Below, one piece after another: positions 7,824 to 15,820 of a stretch of 32,479 nt of DNA. The notes under the pieces are model-generated. The model searched no databases. It saw only the letters and a program-made list of their open reading frames with translations, and was not told the origin of the DNA. The stretch spans positions 1 to 32,479 of the forward strand of contig DASPTB010000132.1 in NCBI GenBank assembly GCA_035623615.1, given 5' to 3'. Within the stretch, counting starts at the first letter, position 1. The number at the start of each line of letters is the position of its first letter. This DNA is from Actinomycetota bacterium (GTDB taxonomy: Bacteria > Actinomycetota > UBA4738). Both the position numbers and the translations under genes were made by a program.

Positions 7824-8803
7824 GACCAGCCCACCTCGACGATGCCGACGTACACGTCCTCGAGGGCCTCCTCGGGCGACGGCATCGGCGCCGCCTCGGC
7901 CGCCGCGACCGCGCGGTCGATCTCGGCGAGCGCACCGGCCCGGACGCCGTCCCGCGACGCGTCGTCCAACGCGCCTGCCGCCCTGAGCCGCGCCTCCGTC
8001 GTCGAGATCGGGTCGCGCCGCTTCCACTCCTCCACTTCGTCGGAGGTGCGGTACGGCTGCGGGTCGCCCTCGTAGTGTCCCCGCCATCGGTACGTCACGC
8101 ACTCCAGGAGGGTGGGCCCTCCGCCGCCCCGCGCACGCCCGACCGCTTCCGTCGCGGCGTCGCGCACCGCCTCGACGTCGTTCCCGTCCACCGTGACGCC
8201 GGGCATCGAGTACGACGCCGCGCGGTCCGACACGCGCTCGATCCTCTGGTGGGCAGCGCGCGACATGAAGTCGGCGTACCCGTTGTTCTCGCAGACGAAG
8301 ACGGCGGGAACCTCCCACAGCGACGCCATGTTGAGCGCCTCGTGGAACACGCCGATGTCGGTCGCGCCGTCGCCGAGGAACGCGACCGCGACCCGATCCA
8401 GCCCTCGCATCCTGCAGGCGAGCGCGGCGCCCGCGGCGATCGGAATGCCGGCGCCGACGATCCCGTTCGCGCCGAGGATGCCGAGGTCCATGTCGGTGAC
8501 GTGCATCGAACCGCCCTTGCCACGGCAGTACCCGGTGGCCTTGCCGTAGAGCTCCGCGAAGAACAGGCCGAGATCGCCACCTTTCGCGATGATGTGGCCG
8601 TGCCCCCGGTGCGTCGAGGTGATGTAGTCGTCCTGGCGAAGCGCGCCGCAGACGCCGACCGCCGTCGCCTCCTCGCCGATATAGGAGTGGATGAAGCCCG
8701 GCATCTCCCCGGCGGCGAACAGCTGCACGAGACGCTCCTCAGCCAGGCGGATCAGCACCATGGTTCGGTACATCCGAAGGAGCTCGTCGGTGGTCGCGGG
8801 CAC
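7820..8803 (-). CDS. 2-oxoacid dehydrogenase E1 component, alpha subunit (TPP-dependent)
   Basis: 327 aa. GTG start 6 nt after AGGAG. TPP motif GDGATDIGVFHEALNMASLWEVPAVFVCENNGYA and YRWRGHYEGD. Confidence 0.85.
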   Translation of the reverse strand: MPATTDELLRMYRTMVLIRLAEERLVQLFAAGEMPGFIHSYIGEEATAVGVCGALRQDDYITSTHRGHGHIIAKGGDLGLFFAELYGKATGYCRGKGGSMHVTDMDLGILGANGIVGAGIPIAAGAALACRMRGLDRVAVAFLGDGATDIGVFHEALNMASLWEVPAVFVCENNGYADFMSRAAHQRIERVSDRAASYSMPGVTVDGNDVEAVRDAATEAVGRARGGGGPTLLECVTYRWRGHYEGDPQPYRTSDEVEEWKRRDPISTTEARLRAAGALDDASRDGVRAGALAEIDRAVAAAEAAPMPSPEEALEDVYVGIVEVGWS

Positions 8804-8878
8804 GGTGGCTCCTGACCCGGCGCGGCGCCGGTCGTCGATCGAACCATAGCCGAGGCGCGCGGCGCGCGACACCGCGTC

Positions 8879-8906
8879 TTGACAGCCACGCGCCGCGAGG
8901 TACCCT
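8879..8906 (+). promoter_or_regulatory. Sigma-70/HrdB-like promoter giving a probably leaderless transcript
   Basis: TTGACA (8879-8884), a 16-nt spacer and TACCCT (8901-8906). The ATG at 8913 lies 7 nt after the -10 hexamer, and there is no Shine-Dalgarno. Confidence 0.5.
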
Positions 8907-8912
8907 CGCCCG

Positions 8913-9716
8913 ATGATCGGGCCCGCACCCGCCGGCAGCGACGACGCCGCGGCGTTCGCGCGGGCGGTGGCCGACGAGGCGGAGCAACTGTTGCGTCTCG
9001 CGGAGGGGCAGCGCCTGGTGTTGCGGCTCACCGGCTCGCTCGCCGTCCGGTCCCATTGCGCGGCATCGGTCGGCGTCCTCGAGAGCCTGGGGAGACGCCC
9101 GGCACGCGACATCGACTTCATGGGGATCTGGAAGCAGCAGCGCGACGTCTCGCGCATGTTCGAAGCGCGCGGATATCTCGCCGATCCCGACATCAAGCAG
9201 GCACAGGAATTCGGGGTCAAGCGGCTCATCTATCAGCATCCCGACACGACCATCAAGACGGACGTGTTCATGGACGACCTCGTGATGGCCCACGTCGTCC
9301 CATTCGGCGGCAGGCTCGAGCTCGACTCGCCCACGGTGTCGGTCACCGACCTGCTGCTGTCGAAGCTGCAGATCCACGAGATCACCGAGAACGACCTGAT
9401 CGACAGCATCGTGATCCTCGGCGACCACGACGTCGGGCAGGGCGACCGGGAGGCCGTCGACGCGGGCTACATCGCGTCGATCATGAGCAAGGACTGGGGC
9501 TTCTGGTACACGACCCTTTCGAACCTCGAGAAGATCGAGTCGGCGCTCGAACGGTTCCCGTCGGTCCCCGCGCCCATGGGCGACGCCGTCCGGACGCGGA
9601 TCGGCGCGCTCCGCTCGCGGATCGACGAGACGCCGAAGACCGCGAAATGGAAGATCCGCGCGCGGATGGGCACCCGCGTCCGCTGGTACGAAGAGGTCGC
9701 AGAGGTCCACGGGTGA
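8913..9716 (+). CDS. Hypothetical protein, possible Pol-beta-fold nucleotidyltransferase (AbiEii/DUF1814-like)
   Basis: 267-aa ORF with protein-like composition. LTGSLAVRS..RPARDIDFMG and SKLQIHEITENDLID are reminiscent of NTase motifs. GC is lower than in its neighbours. Confidence 0.45.
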   Translation: MIGPAPAGSDDAAAFARAVADEAEQLLRLAEGQRLVLRLTGSLAVRSHCAASVGVLESLGRRPARDIDFMGIWKQQRDVSRMFEARGYLADPDIKQAQEFGVKRLIYQHPDTTIKTDVFMDDLVMAHVVPFGGRLELDSPTVSVTDLLLSKLQIHEITENDLIDSIVILGDHDVGQGDREAVDAGYIASIMSKDWGFWYTTLSNLEKIESALERFPSVPAPMGDAVRTRIGALRSRIDETPKTAKWKIRARMGTRVRWYEEVAEVHG

Positions 9717-10846
9717 CCGAGCGGGGGGTCTCGACCGTGCGCGCCGCGGTGCTCGACGCTCCGGGAAAGCCACTGCGCATCGAGACCTTGCACCTCGATC
9801 CCCCCGGCGCCGGCGAGGTGCTCGTCCGGCTCGAGGCAAGCGGCGTCTGCCATTCGGACCTCCATCAGGCGGACGGCGACTGGGGCGACGACGCGCCGCT
9901 CGTGCTCGGGCACGAGGGGGCGGGCGTCGTCGACGCCGTCGGCCACGGCGTCGATGACGCCCTCGTCGGCCGGCGGGTCGTCCTGAACTGGATGGGCCCG
10001 TGCGGAACGTGCGATGCCTGCGCCGTCGGCCGTGAGTGGGAGTGCGCCGACTCGAAGGCCCTCGGCAACCGGCTGCCGGACGGGACGACGCGCCTGCGTC
10101 GCGAGGACGGCTCCGAGGTGTTCCCGCTCCTTGGTCTCGGAACGTTCGCGGAAGCGGCGGTCGTCCCCGCGAAGGTGGCCGTGCCGGTTCGGGACGACAT
10201 CGACCCTGCGGTCGCGGCACTGATCGGGTGCTGCGTGTCGACCGGCGTCGGCGCGGCTCTGAAGACCGCCCGCGTCGTGCCGCACTCGAGCGTCGTCGTC
10301 ATCGGCCTCGGAGGAGTCGGGCTGTCGATCGTGATGGGCGCCGCGTTCGCCGAGGCGGACCCCATCGTGGCGGTCGACCGGTCGGAGGAGAAGCTGGAGC
10401 GCGCGCGGGCCGCCGGCGCGACCGCCGGCGTCCTCGCGGAGGACGACGACGAGCGGACGCTGTCGGCGATCCGCGAGGCGGCCGGCGGGGGCGCGGAGTT
10501 CGCGTTCGAGGCGATCGGCCTGCCGCGGACGATCGAGCTCGCGATCCGGTGCGTCGCGACCGGCGCCACGGCGGTCCTCGTCGGGATGACCGCGCACGCC
10601 GTCCCCGCCTCGTTCGACGCGTTCGACGTCGTCGATCGGAGCCTGCGCATCCTCGGGTCGAACTACGGCTTCACCGTGGGGAACGTCGACTTCCCCCGGT
10701 ACGCCGACCTGCACGCGGGCGGCCGGCTGCCGCTCGACGTCCTGGTCGAGCGGCGCATCGAGCTCGCCGACGTGGAGGACGCCTTCGAGGCGATGCGGCG
10801 CGGCGAGGGAGCGCGGCGCGTCGTCGTGTACCCGGGCACGGCCTGA
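9713..10846 (+). CDS. Zinc-dependent alcohol dehydrogenase (MDR family)
   Basis: GVCHSDLH, GHEGAG, structural-Zn cysteines CGTCDACAVGREWEC and VIGLGGVG. I chose the GTG at 9713 (GTGA overlap with the upstream stop). An alternative GTG lies at 9737. Confidence 0.85.
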   Translation: MTERGVSTVRAAVLDAPGKPLRIETLHLDPPGAGEVLVRLEASGVCHSDLHQADGDWGDDAPLVLGHEGAGVVDAVGHGVDDALVGRRVVLNWMGPCGTCDACAVGREWECADSKALGNRLPDGTTRLRREDGSEVFPLLGLGTFAEAAVVPAKVAVPVRDDIDPAVAALIGCCVSTGVGAALKTARVVPHSSVVVIGLGGVGLSIVMGAAFAEADPIVAVDRSEEKLERARAAGATAGVLAEDDDERTLSAIREAAGGGAEFAFEAIGLPRTIELAIRCVATGATAVLVGMTAHAVPASFDAFDVVDRSLRILGSNYGFTVGNVDFPRYADLHAGGRLPLDVLVERRIELADVEDAFEAMRRGEGARRVVVYPGTA

Positions 10847-10856
10847 GAGGAGCGGG

Positions 10857-11855
10857 ATGGGAGATCGGGGGTCGGACGAGGGCCGGCTCGATCTGCCGTT
10901 CGTGGGGATCCCGTCGTTCCTGCGCGCTCCCGTCGTCACCGACCTGGAGCGGGTCGATGCCGACGTCGTGGTCGTCGGCGCCCCGTTCGACGAAGGCTCG
11001 CCGTTCGCGCCCGGTTCCCGCTTCGGGCCGAGGTCGATCCGGGAGCACTCGGTGCGCTTCGTCACCGGGGAGCCCGGCTACTACGACCCGGCGAGCAGGC
11101 GGCGGTTCCTCGTGCGCGAGATGCGAGACCGCCGAATCGTCGACGCCGGTGACGCCGACGTCCTTCCCACCAACCCTGCGGGGACCTTCCGGAACATCAC
11201 CGAGACGGTGCGTGCCGTCCTGCGCCAGGGCGCGATGCCGCTCGTCCTCGGCGGCGACCACAGCGTCACGTATCCGGTCGTCCGCGCCTTCGACAGACCG
11301 CTGCACGTCATGCACTTCGACGCCCACTTGGACTACATGCCGTTCGTCCACGGGCTCGAGATGACCAACCAGCACGCGTTCCGCCACATCGCGCACATGG
11401 ACCACGTGCAGAGCCTGACGCAGGTGGGCATCCGGAGCCTGCGCAACACCGAGACCATGCACCGCGACTCCACAAACGACGGCAATGCGGTGCTCACGAT
11501 GGACGACGTTCGCTCCCAGGGACCGAGCGGGATCGCCGGGCGCCTGCCGGAGGGTGCGGCCTGCTACGTGAGCCTCGACATCGACACGCTCGACCTGCCG
11601 CTCGTGCCCGGGTGCGTCTCCGCCGAGCCCAACGGGATGCAGTACGCCGAGCTGCGGGACATCCTGCGGGCGCTCGCCGAGCGGAATCTGATCGTCGGGT
11701 TCGACGTCGTCGAGGTGAACCCGCAGCTGGACGTCGGGACCGGCGTCACCTCGTACCTGGCGGCGCACCTCGCGATCGAGTTCCTCGGCGCCGTATGCGC
11801 GGGATCGCGGTGGCGCGACGCGCACAGCGCGGAAGCGCCAAAGGACGACGGGTGA
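10857..11855 (+). CDS. Agmatinase-family ureohydrolase (guanidino-compound amidinohydrolase)
   Basis: 332 aa. ATG start after GAGGAG. GSRFGPRSIRE, GGDHSVT, HFDAHLD, SLDIDTLD and FDVVEVNP. Confidence 0.88.
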   Translation: MGDRGSDEGRLDLPFVGIPSFLRAPVVTDLERVDADVVVVGAPFDEGSPFAPGSRFGPRSIREHSVRFVTGEPGYYDPASRRRFLVREMRDRRIVDAGDADVLPTNPAGTFRNITETVRAVLRQGAMPLVLGGDHSVTYPVVRAFDRPLHVMHFDAHLDYMPFVHGLEMTNQHAFRHIAHMDHVQSLTQVGIRSLRNTETMHRDSTNDGNAVLTMDDVRSQGPSGIAGRLPEGAACYVSLDIDTLDLPLVPGCVSAEPNGMQYAELRDILRALAERNLIVGFDVVEVNPQLDVGTGVTSYLAAHLAIEFLGAVCAGSRWRDAHSAEAPKDDG

Positions 11856-12808
11856 GCCGGCCGCTGCTGATCGATGTGCACGTCCACGTCATGCCCTCGC
11901 CGGAGGACCCGATCCGCGACGGCTACGAGATCTGGGAGTACGGGGCGCGGGGCGCCGACGTGGTCTTCTGCGACGATCGCGGGACCCTCGAGGACGCGCT
12001 GGCGGCGATGGACGCCGCGGGGTTCTCGCGCGTGGTCGCAGCGAACATGTTCGCTGCGGACGTCGTGCGCGACGAGGCGATCGCCGAGCTCCCCGTCGAC
12101 CTGCCGGGGCCGGAGCGGGATCGGCGGATCGCCGAGATCGAGGCGTCGATGCCGGACCGGCTTCGCGACTTCAACCGTTGGATCTGCGACGTCGCCCGCG
12201 ACCATCCGTCGATCACGCCGTTCGTCGCCGCCGATCCCCACATCCTCGGCGGCGAGGCAGGTGCCGCACACCTGCGCGAGATGGCGGAGGACCACGGCGC
12301 GCGAGGCATCAAGATCCATCCCATCGTCCAGCGCTTCTTCCCATCCGAACCGAAAATGGCGCCCGTGTTCCGCGTCTGCGAAGACCTCGGCCTGACGGTG
12401 CTCTCCCACTCCGGCTTGGCCCGGGGCGACGACCAGTGGGCCGAGCCGAACGCGTTCGCTTCTCTGCTGCAGACGTTCCCGCGTCTCATTCTGCTGATGG
12501 CGCACCTCGGCGGCGGGAGCTGGACGCAGACGCGCGCGTTCGCGCAAGCCTTCCCCACCGCGACCTTCGACCTGTGCGAGATCATCGAGTGGACGGGCGC
12601 CGCGAACGCGCCCACCGACGACGAACTCGGGCAGCTGATCGCCGCCATCGGGCCCGAGCGCGTGATGATGGGAAGCGACTACCCGTGGTACGACCTGAGC
12701 CACACGGTCGAGCGCGTGCAGTCGATCCCGGGACTGTCGGACGAGCAGCGCGAGGGGATCCTCGGAACGAACGCCGGGCGCCTCCTCGAACTGCCTCCGG
12801 GATGGTGA
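11852..12808 (+). CDS. Metal-dependent TIM-barrel amidohydrolase (amidohydrolase_2-like)
   Basis: GTG start overlaps the upstream stop (GTGA, 11852-11855). LIDVHVHV at the N-terminus, GIKIHP, SHSG and MGSDYPW. Confidence 0.75.
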   Translation: MSRPLLIDVHVHVMPSPEDPIRDGYEIWEYGARGADVVFCDDRGTLEDALAAMDAAGFSRVVAANMFAADVVRDEAIAELPVDLPGPERDRRIAEIEASMPDRLRDFNRWICDVARDHPSITPFVAADPHILGGEAGAAHLREMAEDHGARGIKIHPIVQRFFPSEPKMAPVFRVCEDLGLTVLSHSGLARGDDQWAEPNAFASLLQTFPRLILLMAHLGGGSWTQTRAFAQAFPTATFDLCEIIEWTGAANAPTDDELGQLIAAIGPERVMMGSDYPWYDLSHTVERVQSIPGLSDEQREGILGTNAGRLLELPPGW

Positions 12809-12817
12809 AGCGCCGCC

Positions 12818-13813
12818 ATGACTGACCCGGGCGCGGCGCCGCCGCTGCTGATCGTGACGAGCGACGAAGACGACGTGCCTGTGGGCCTGACGAAGGATGT
12901 GCCCCCGATCCCGTTCACGATGGCGTGGGACGCAGCCGGTGTCGGCGACGCACTGCCGGACACGGAGATCGTCTTCCTGTGGACGATGCGCTCGCCGGCG
13001 TTCGACGCGCTCCGGGACATGTGGTCCTCCGCCGGGGGGCTGCGATGGGTTCACTCGTGCTCCGCGGGGGTCGAGCGGCTGCTGTTCCCGCAGCTGGTCG
13101 AGAGCGACGTCGTGCTGACGAACTCCCGCGGGGTGTACGACCTGCCCATGGCCGAGTACGCGATCGCGCTGATGCTGGCCGCGGCGAAGGGACTTCCCGA
13201 GACGCTTGCGCGCCAACGCGACCACGACTGGCGGTTCCGGTACACCGAGACCCTCGCGGGCAAGCAGCTCGTGGTGGTCGGACCCGGGTCGATCGGCCGC
13301 ACGGTCGCGCGGGCCGCCGCCGGCCTCGGGATGCGCGTGTCGGCGGTCGGGCGGTCGGCACGGACGGACGACGCCGACTTCGACGCCGTCGCCGGGGGAG
13401 ACGGACTGGACGCTGCGCTCGCAGGGGCCGATTACGTCGTCGTCACGGCGCCCCTCACCGACGAGACTCGCGGGATGATCGGCCGGAGCGCGATCGCCGC
13501 GATGCGGCCGACCGCGCGGCTGATCAACCTGGCCCGGGGCGCCGTCGTCGACCAGGACGCCCTCGTGGACGCGCTGCGCGGCGGCAGGGTCGCGGGGGCA
13601 GGGCTCGACGTCTTCGCCGAGGAACCCCTCGACCCCTCGAGCCCGCTGTGGGACATGCCCAACGTGATCGTGTCCCCCCACATCTCCGGCGACACCGACA
13701 CCTCCGAGCGCGACGTCGTGGATCTGTTCCTCGACAACCTCCGCCGTTGGCTCGCCGGCGAGCCGCTGCGCAACGTGGTGGACAAGCGGCTCGGCTTCGT
13801 CACGGGCCAGTAG
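12818..13813 (+). CDS. D-isomer-specific 2-hydroxyacid dehydrogenase (NAD-binding)
   Basis: 331 aa. VVGPGSIGRTVA, LINLARG, GAGLDVFAEEPL and SPHISG. Confidence 0.85.
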   Translation: MTDPGAAPPLLIVTSDEDDVPVGLTKDVPPIPFTMAWDAAGVGDALPDTEIVFLWTMRSPAFDALRDMWSSAGGLRWVHSCSAGVERLLFPQLVESDVVLTNSRGVYDLPMAEYAIALMLAAAKGLPETLARQRDHDWRFRYTETLAGKQLVVVGPGSIGRTVARAAAGLGMRVSAVGRSARTDDADFDAVAGGDGLDAALAGADYVVVTAPLTDETRGMIGRSAIAAMRPTARLINLARGAVVDQDALVDALRGGRVAGAGLDVFAEEPLDPSSPLWDMPNVIVSPHISGDTDTSERDVVDLFLDNLRRWLAGEPLRNVVDKRLGFVTGQ

Positions 13814-13841
13814 TTCCCGCGGTTCCCGGTAGCATGCCGGG

Positions 13842-15041
13842 GTGCCGAAGGATGCCACGGTCGAGCGCGCGAGAGAGGTCCTTCGCGGCGCGCCGTTGAT
13901 CGACGGCCACAACGACCTGCTGTTCCAGCTCCGGGACCGCGTGCGATACGAGCTGTCCGAGCTCGATCCCGGCGAGCCGCAGCCAACGCTCGACACCGAC
14001 GTCCCTCGCCTTCGTGCGGGTGGCGTCGGCGGGCAGTTCTGGTCGGTGTTCGTCCCGTCGGACCTTCCCGGCTCGACGGCGGTCACGGCCACCCTCGAGC
14101 AGATCGACGCGCTCCGGGTCCTCGTGAACGCGCACCCCGACGCGTTCGAGCCCGCTCGGACGGCCGACGATGTCGTCAGGATCGCGGCGGCCGGACGCGT
14201 CGCGTCGATGATCGGCGTCGAGGGCGGCCACTCGATCGACTGCTCGCTCGGCGCCCTTCGGGCGCTCGCGGAGCTCGGCGCCGGCTACATGACGCTGACG
14301 CATTTCGACAACACGCCCTGGGCCGACTCCGCGACCGACGATCCGGTGCACGGCGGCCTCACGCGCTTCGGCGAGGAGGTCGTCCGGGAGATGAACCGCG
14401 CAGGGGTGATGGTCGATCTCAGTCACGTCTCCCCCGACACCATGCGGCACGCCATGCGGGTCTCGGAGGTTCCGCCGCTCTTCTCGCATTCGTCTGCCCG
14501 GGCGCTCTGCGACGTCACGCGCAACGTTCCGGACGACGTCCTTCACGACGTCGGACGAGTGGGCGGCGTGGTCATGGTGACGTTCGTTCCCGCGTTCGTC
14601 GCGCCGGAAGGCAAGGAGTCGATGGCGGCCTACCTCGCCGAGCTGGCGCGCCTGCGGATCGAACACGCCGGCGACGCCGACGCGATCACGGCGGGGATGC
14701 GCGCGTTCGAGGAGCACCATCCCGAACCAGAGTCGACGGTGGGCCAGGTGGCCGACCACATCGACCACGTCCGCGACGTCGCCGGTGTGGACTGCATCGG
14801 GGTGGGGAGCGACTTCGACGGGGCGGGCGCGATGCCGCAGGGGCTCGAGGACGTCTCCTGTTACCCCAATCTCTTCGCTGAGCTCCTGGATCGCGGCTAC
14901 TCGGACGAGGAGTGCGCGAAGATCGCCGGCCGGAACGTCCTGCGCCTTATGCGCCGAACCGAGGAGACGGCCGCCCGGCTCCGCTCCGAGCGTCCCCCCT
15001 CGGTCGCCACGATCGAGGCCCTGGACGGCCGGGGCGAATAG
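13842..15041 (+). CDS. Membrane-type dipeptidase, peptidase family M19
   Basis: 399 aa with a GTG start. LIDGHNDL, MTLTHFDNTPWADS, MVDLSHVS, FSHSSA and GVGSDFDG. Confidence 0.85.
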   Translation: MPKDATVERAREVLRGAPLIDGHNDLLFQLRDRVRYELSELDPGEPQPTLDTDVPRLRAGGVGGQFWSVFVPSDLPGSTAVTATLEQIDALRVLVNAHPDAFEPARTADDVVRIAAAGRVASMIGVEGGHSIDCSLGALRALAELGAGYMTLTHFDNTPWADSATDDPVHGGLTRFGEEVVREMNRAGVMVDLSHVSPDTMRHAMRVSEVPPLFSHSSARALCDVTRNVPDDVLHDVGRVGGVVMVTFVPAFVAPEGKESMAAYLAELARLRIEHAGDADAITAGMRAFEEHHPEPESTVGQVADHIDHVRDVAGVDCIGVGSDFDGAGAMPQGLEDVSCYPNLFAELLDRGYSDEECAKIAGRNVLRLMRRTEETAARLRSERPPSVATIEALDGRGE

Positions 15042-15100
15042 GACCGAAATCAACCCCCGATTGCCGCACGCCCGCCCCTCCAAGAAGGGATGATTGGGGC

Positions 15101-15709
15101 GTGCGACGTGCACCGGCCTTGTGGGGGGTTGTTCTCGCCGCGGCGCTGCTCAGCGCCTGCGGCGGTACGGCCCAACCCTCGAGCTCGCCGAGCGTGCCGT
15201 CGAGCCCGACGACGCCTCCGCCGAGCCCGACCACCCCGGCTCCGAGCCCGACCCCGACCCTTCCCACGGGATTCACGTGCGCGAACGCGTCGGGCGGCGC
15301 CTCCCGCGCCTCCGATTGGGGCCCGGCCGGCCCGACGGTCACGGCCGTGCGGGTTGCGGGCCACTCGGGCTTCGACCGGTTCGTGCTGCAGTTCGACGGC
15401 ACGGTGCCCTCCTACACCGTCAAGCGGCAATCGACCCCGACGTTCACACTGGATCCCAAAGGGAGCAAGGTGACGCTGCGGGGGACGCGCGGCGTGCTGA
15501 TCACGGTCAAGCCCGAGAACTGGACCGCGTACACCGGACCGAGCCGCTTCGTGCCACTGCTCGCCGTCATCCGCGAGGCGCGACTGGTGCAGAACTTCGA
15601 GGGAACCATGCAGTGGGGTCTGGGGACTCTCGGGACCCCGTGCCTGCGGGTCACCACATTGAAGGGCCCGGCTCGGCTGGTGGTCGACGTGGCTGCGAAG
15701 CCGTCGTAG
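15101..15709 (+). CDS. Putative lipoprotein with Pro/Thr/Ser-rich linker
   Basis: GTG start about 10 nt after AAGAAGGGA. Signal peptide with lipobox LLSAC, then the low-complexity stretch SPSVPSSPTTPPPSPTTPAPSPTPT and a beta-rich domain. Confidence 0.65.
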   Translation: MRRAPALWGVVLAAALLSACGGTAQPSSSPSVPSSPTTPPPSPTTPAPSPTPTLPTGFTCANASGGASRASDWGPAGPTVTAVRVAGHSGFDRFVLQFDGTVPSYTVKRQSTPTFTLDPKGSKVTLRGTRGVLITVKPENWTAYTGPSRFVPLLAVIREARLVQNFEGTMQWGLGTLGTPCLRVTTLKGPARLVVDVAAKPS

Positions 15710-15764
15710 CTCGTCCACCGAGCGCCTCACGTCGTCACCGCACACCCACCCGCACACGAGAAGA

Positions 15765-15790
15765 GAGAGGGGCGCTGGTGCGCCCCTCTC
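15765..15790. terminator. Intrinsic terminator hairpin between convergent genes
   Basis: Perfect 11-bp stem GAGAGGGGCGC/GCGCCCCTCTC with a 4-nt loop TGGT. T-containing tails on both strands. Confidence 0.7.
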
Positions 15791-15820
15791 GTTCTCCCAA
15801 CCGGGTGCTGGGGGTGGGTA

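Noticed and set aside
8879-9712. TTG-initiated upstream part of ORF 8879..10846
   Set aside because: It is out of frame with the protein-like 8913..9716 ORF. ADH homology starts only near 9713-9737. The TTG at 8879 is better explained as part of a TTGACA -35 box.
11564-14092. 842-aa minus-strand ORF, the longest in the track
   Set aside because: It is antisense to three well-supported plus-strand genes (amidohydrolase, 2-hydroxyacid DH, dipeptidase). The composition is Arg/Pro/Gly/His-rich with no motifs.
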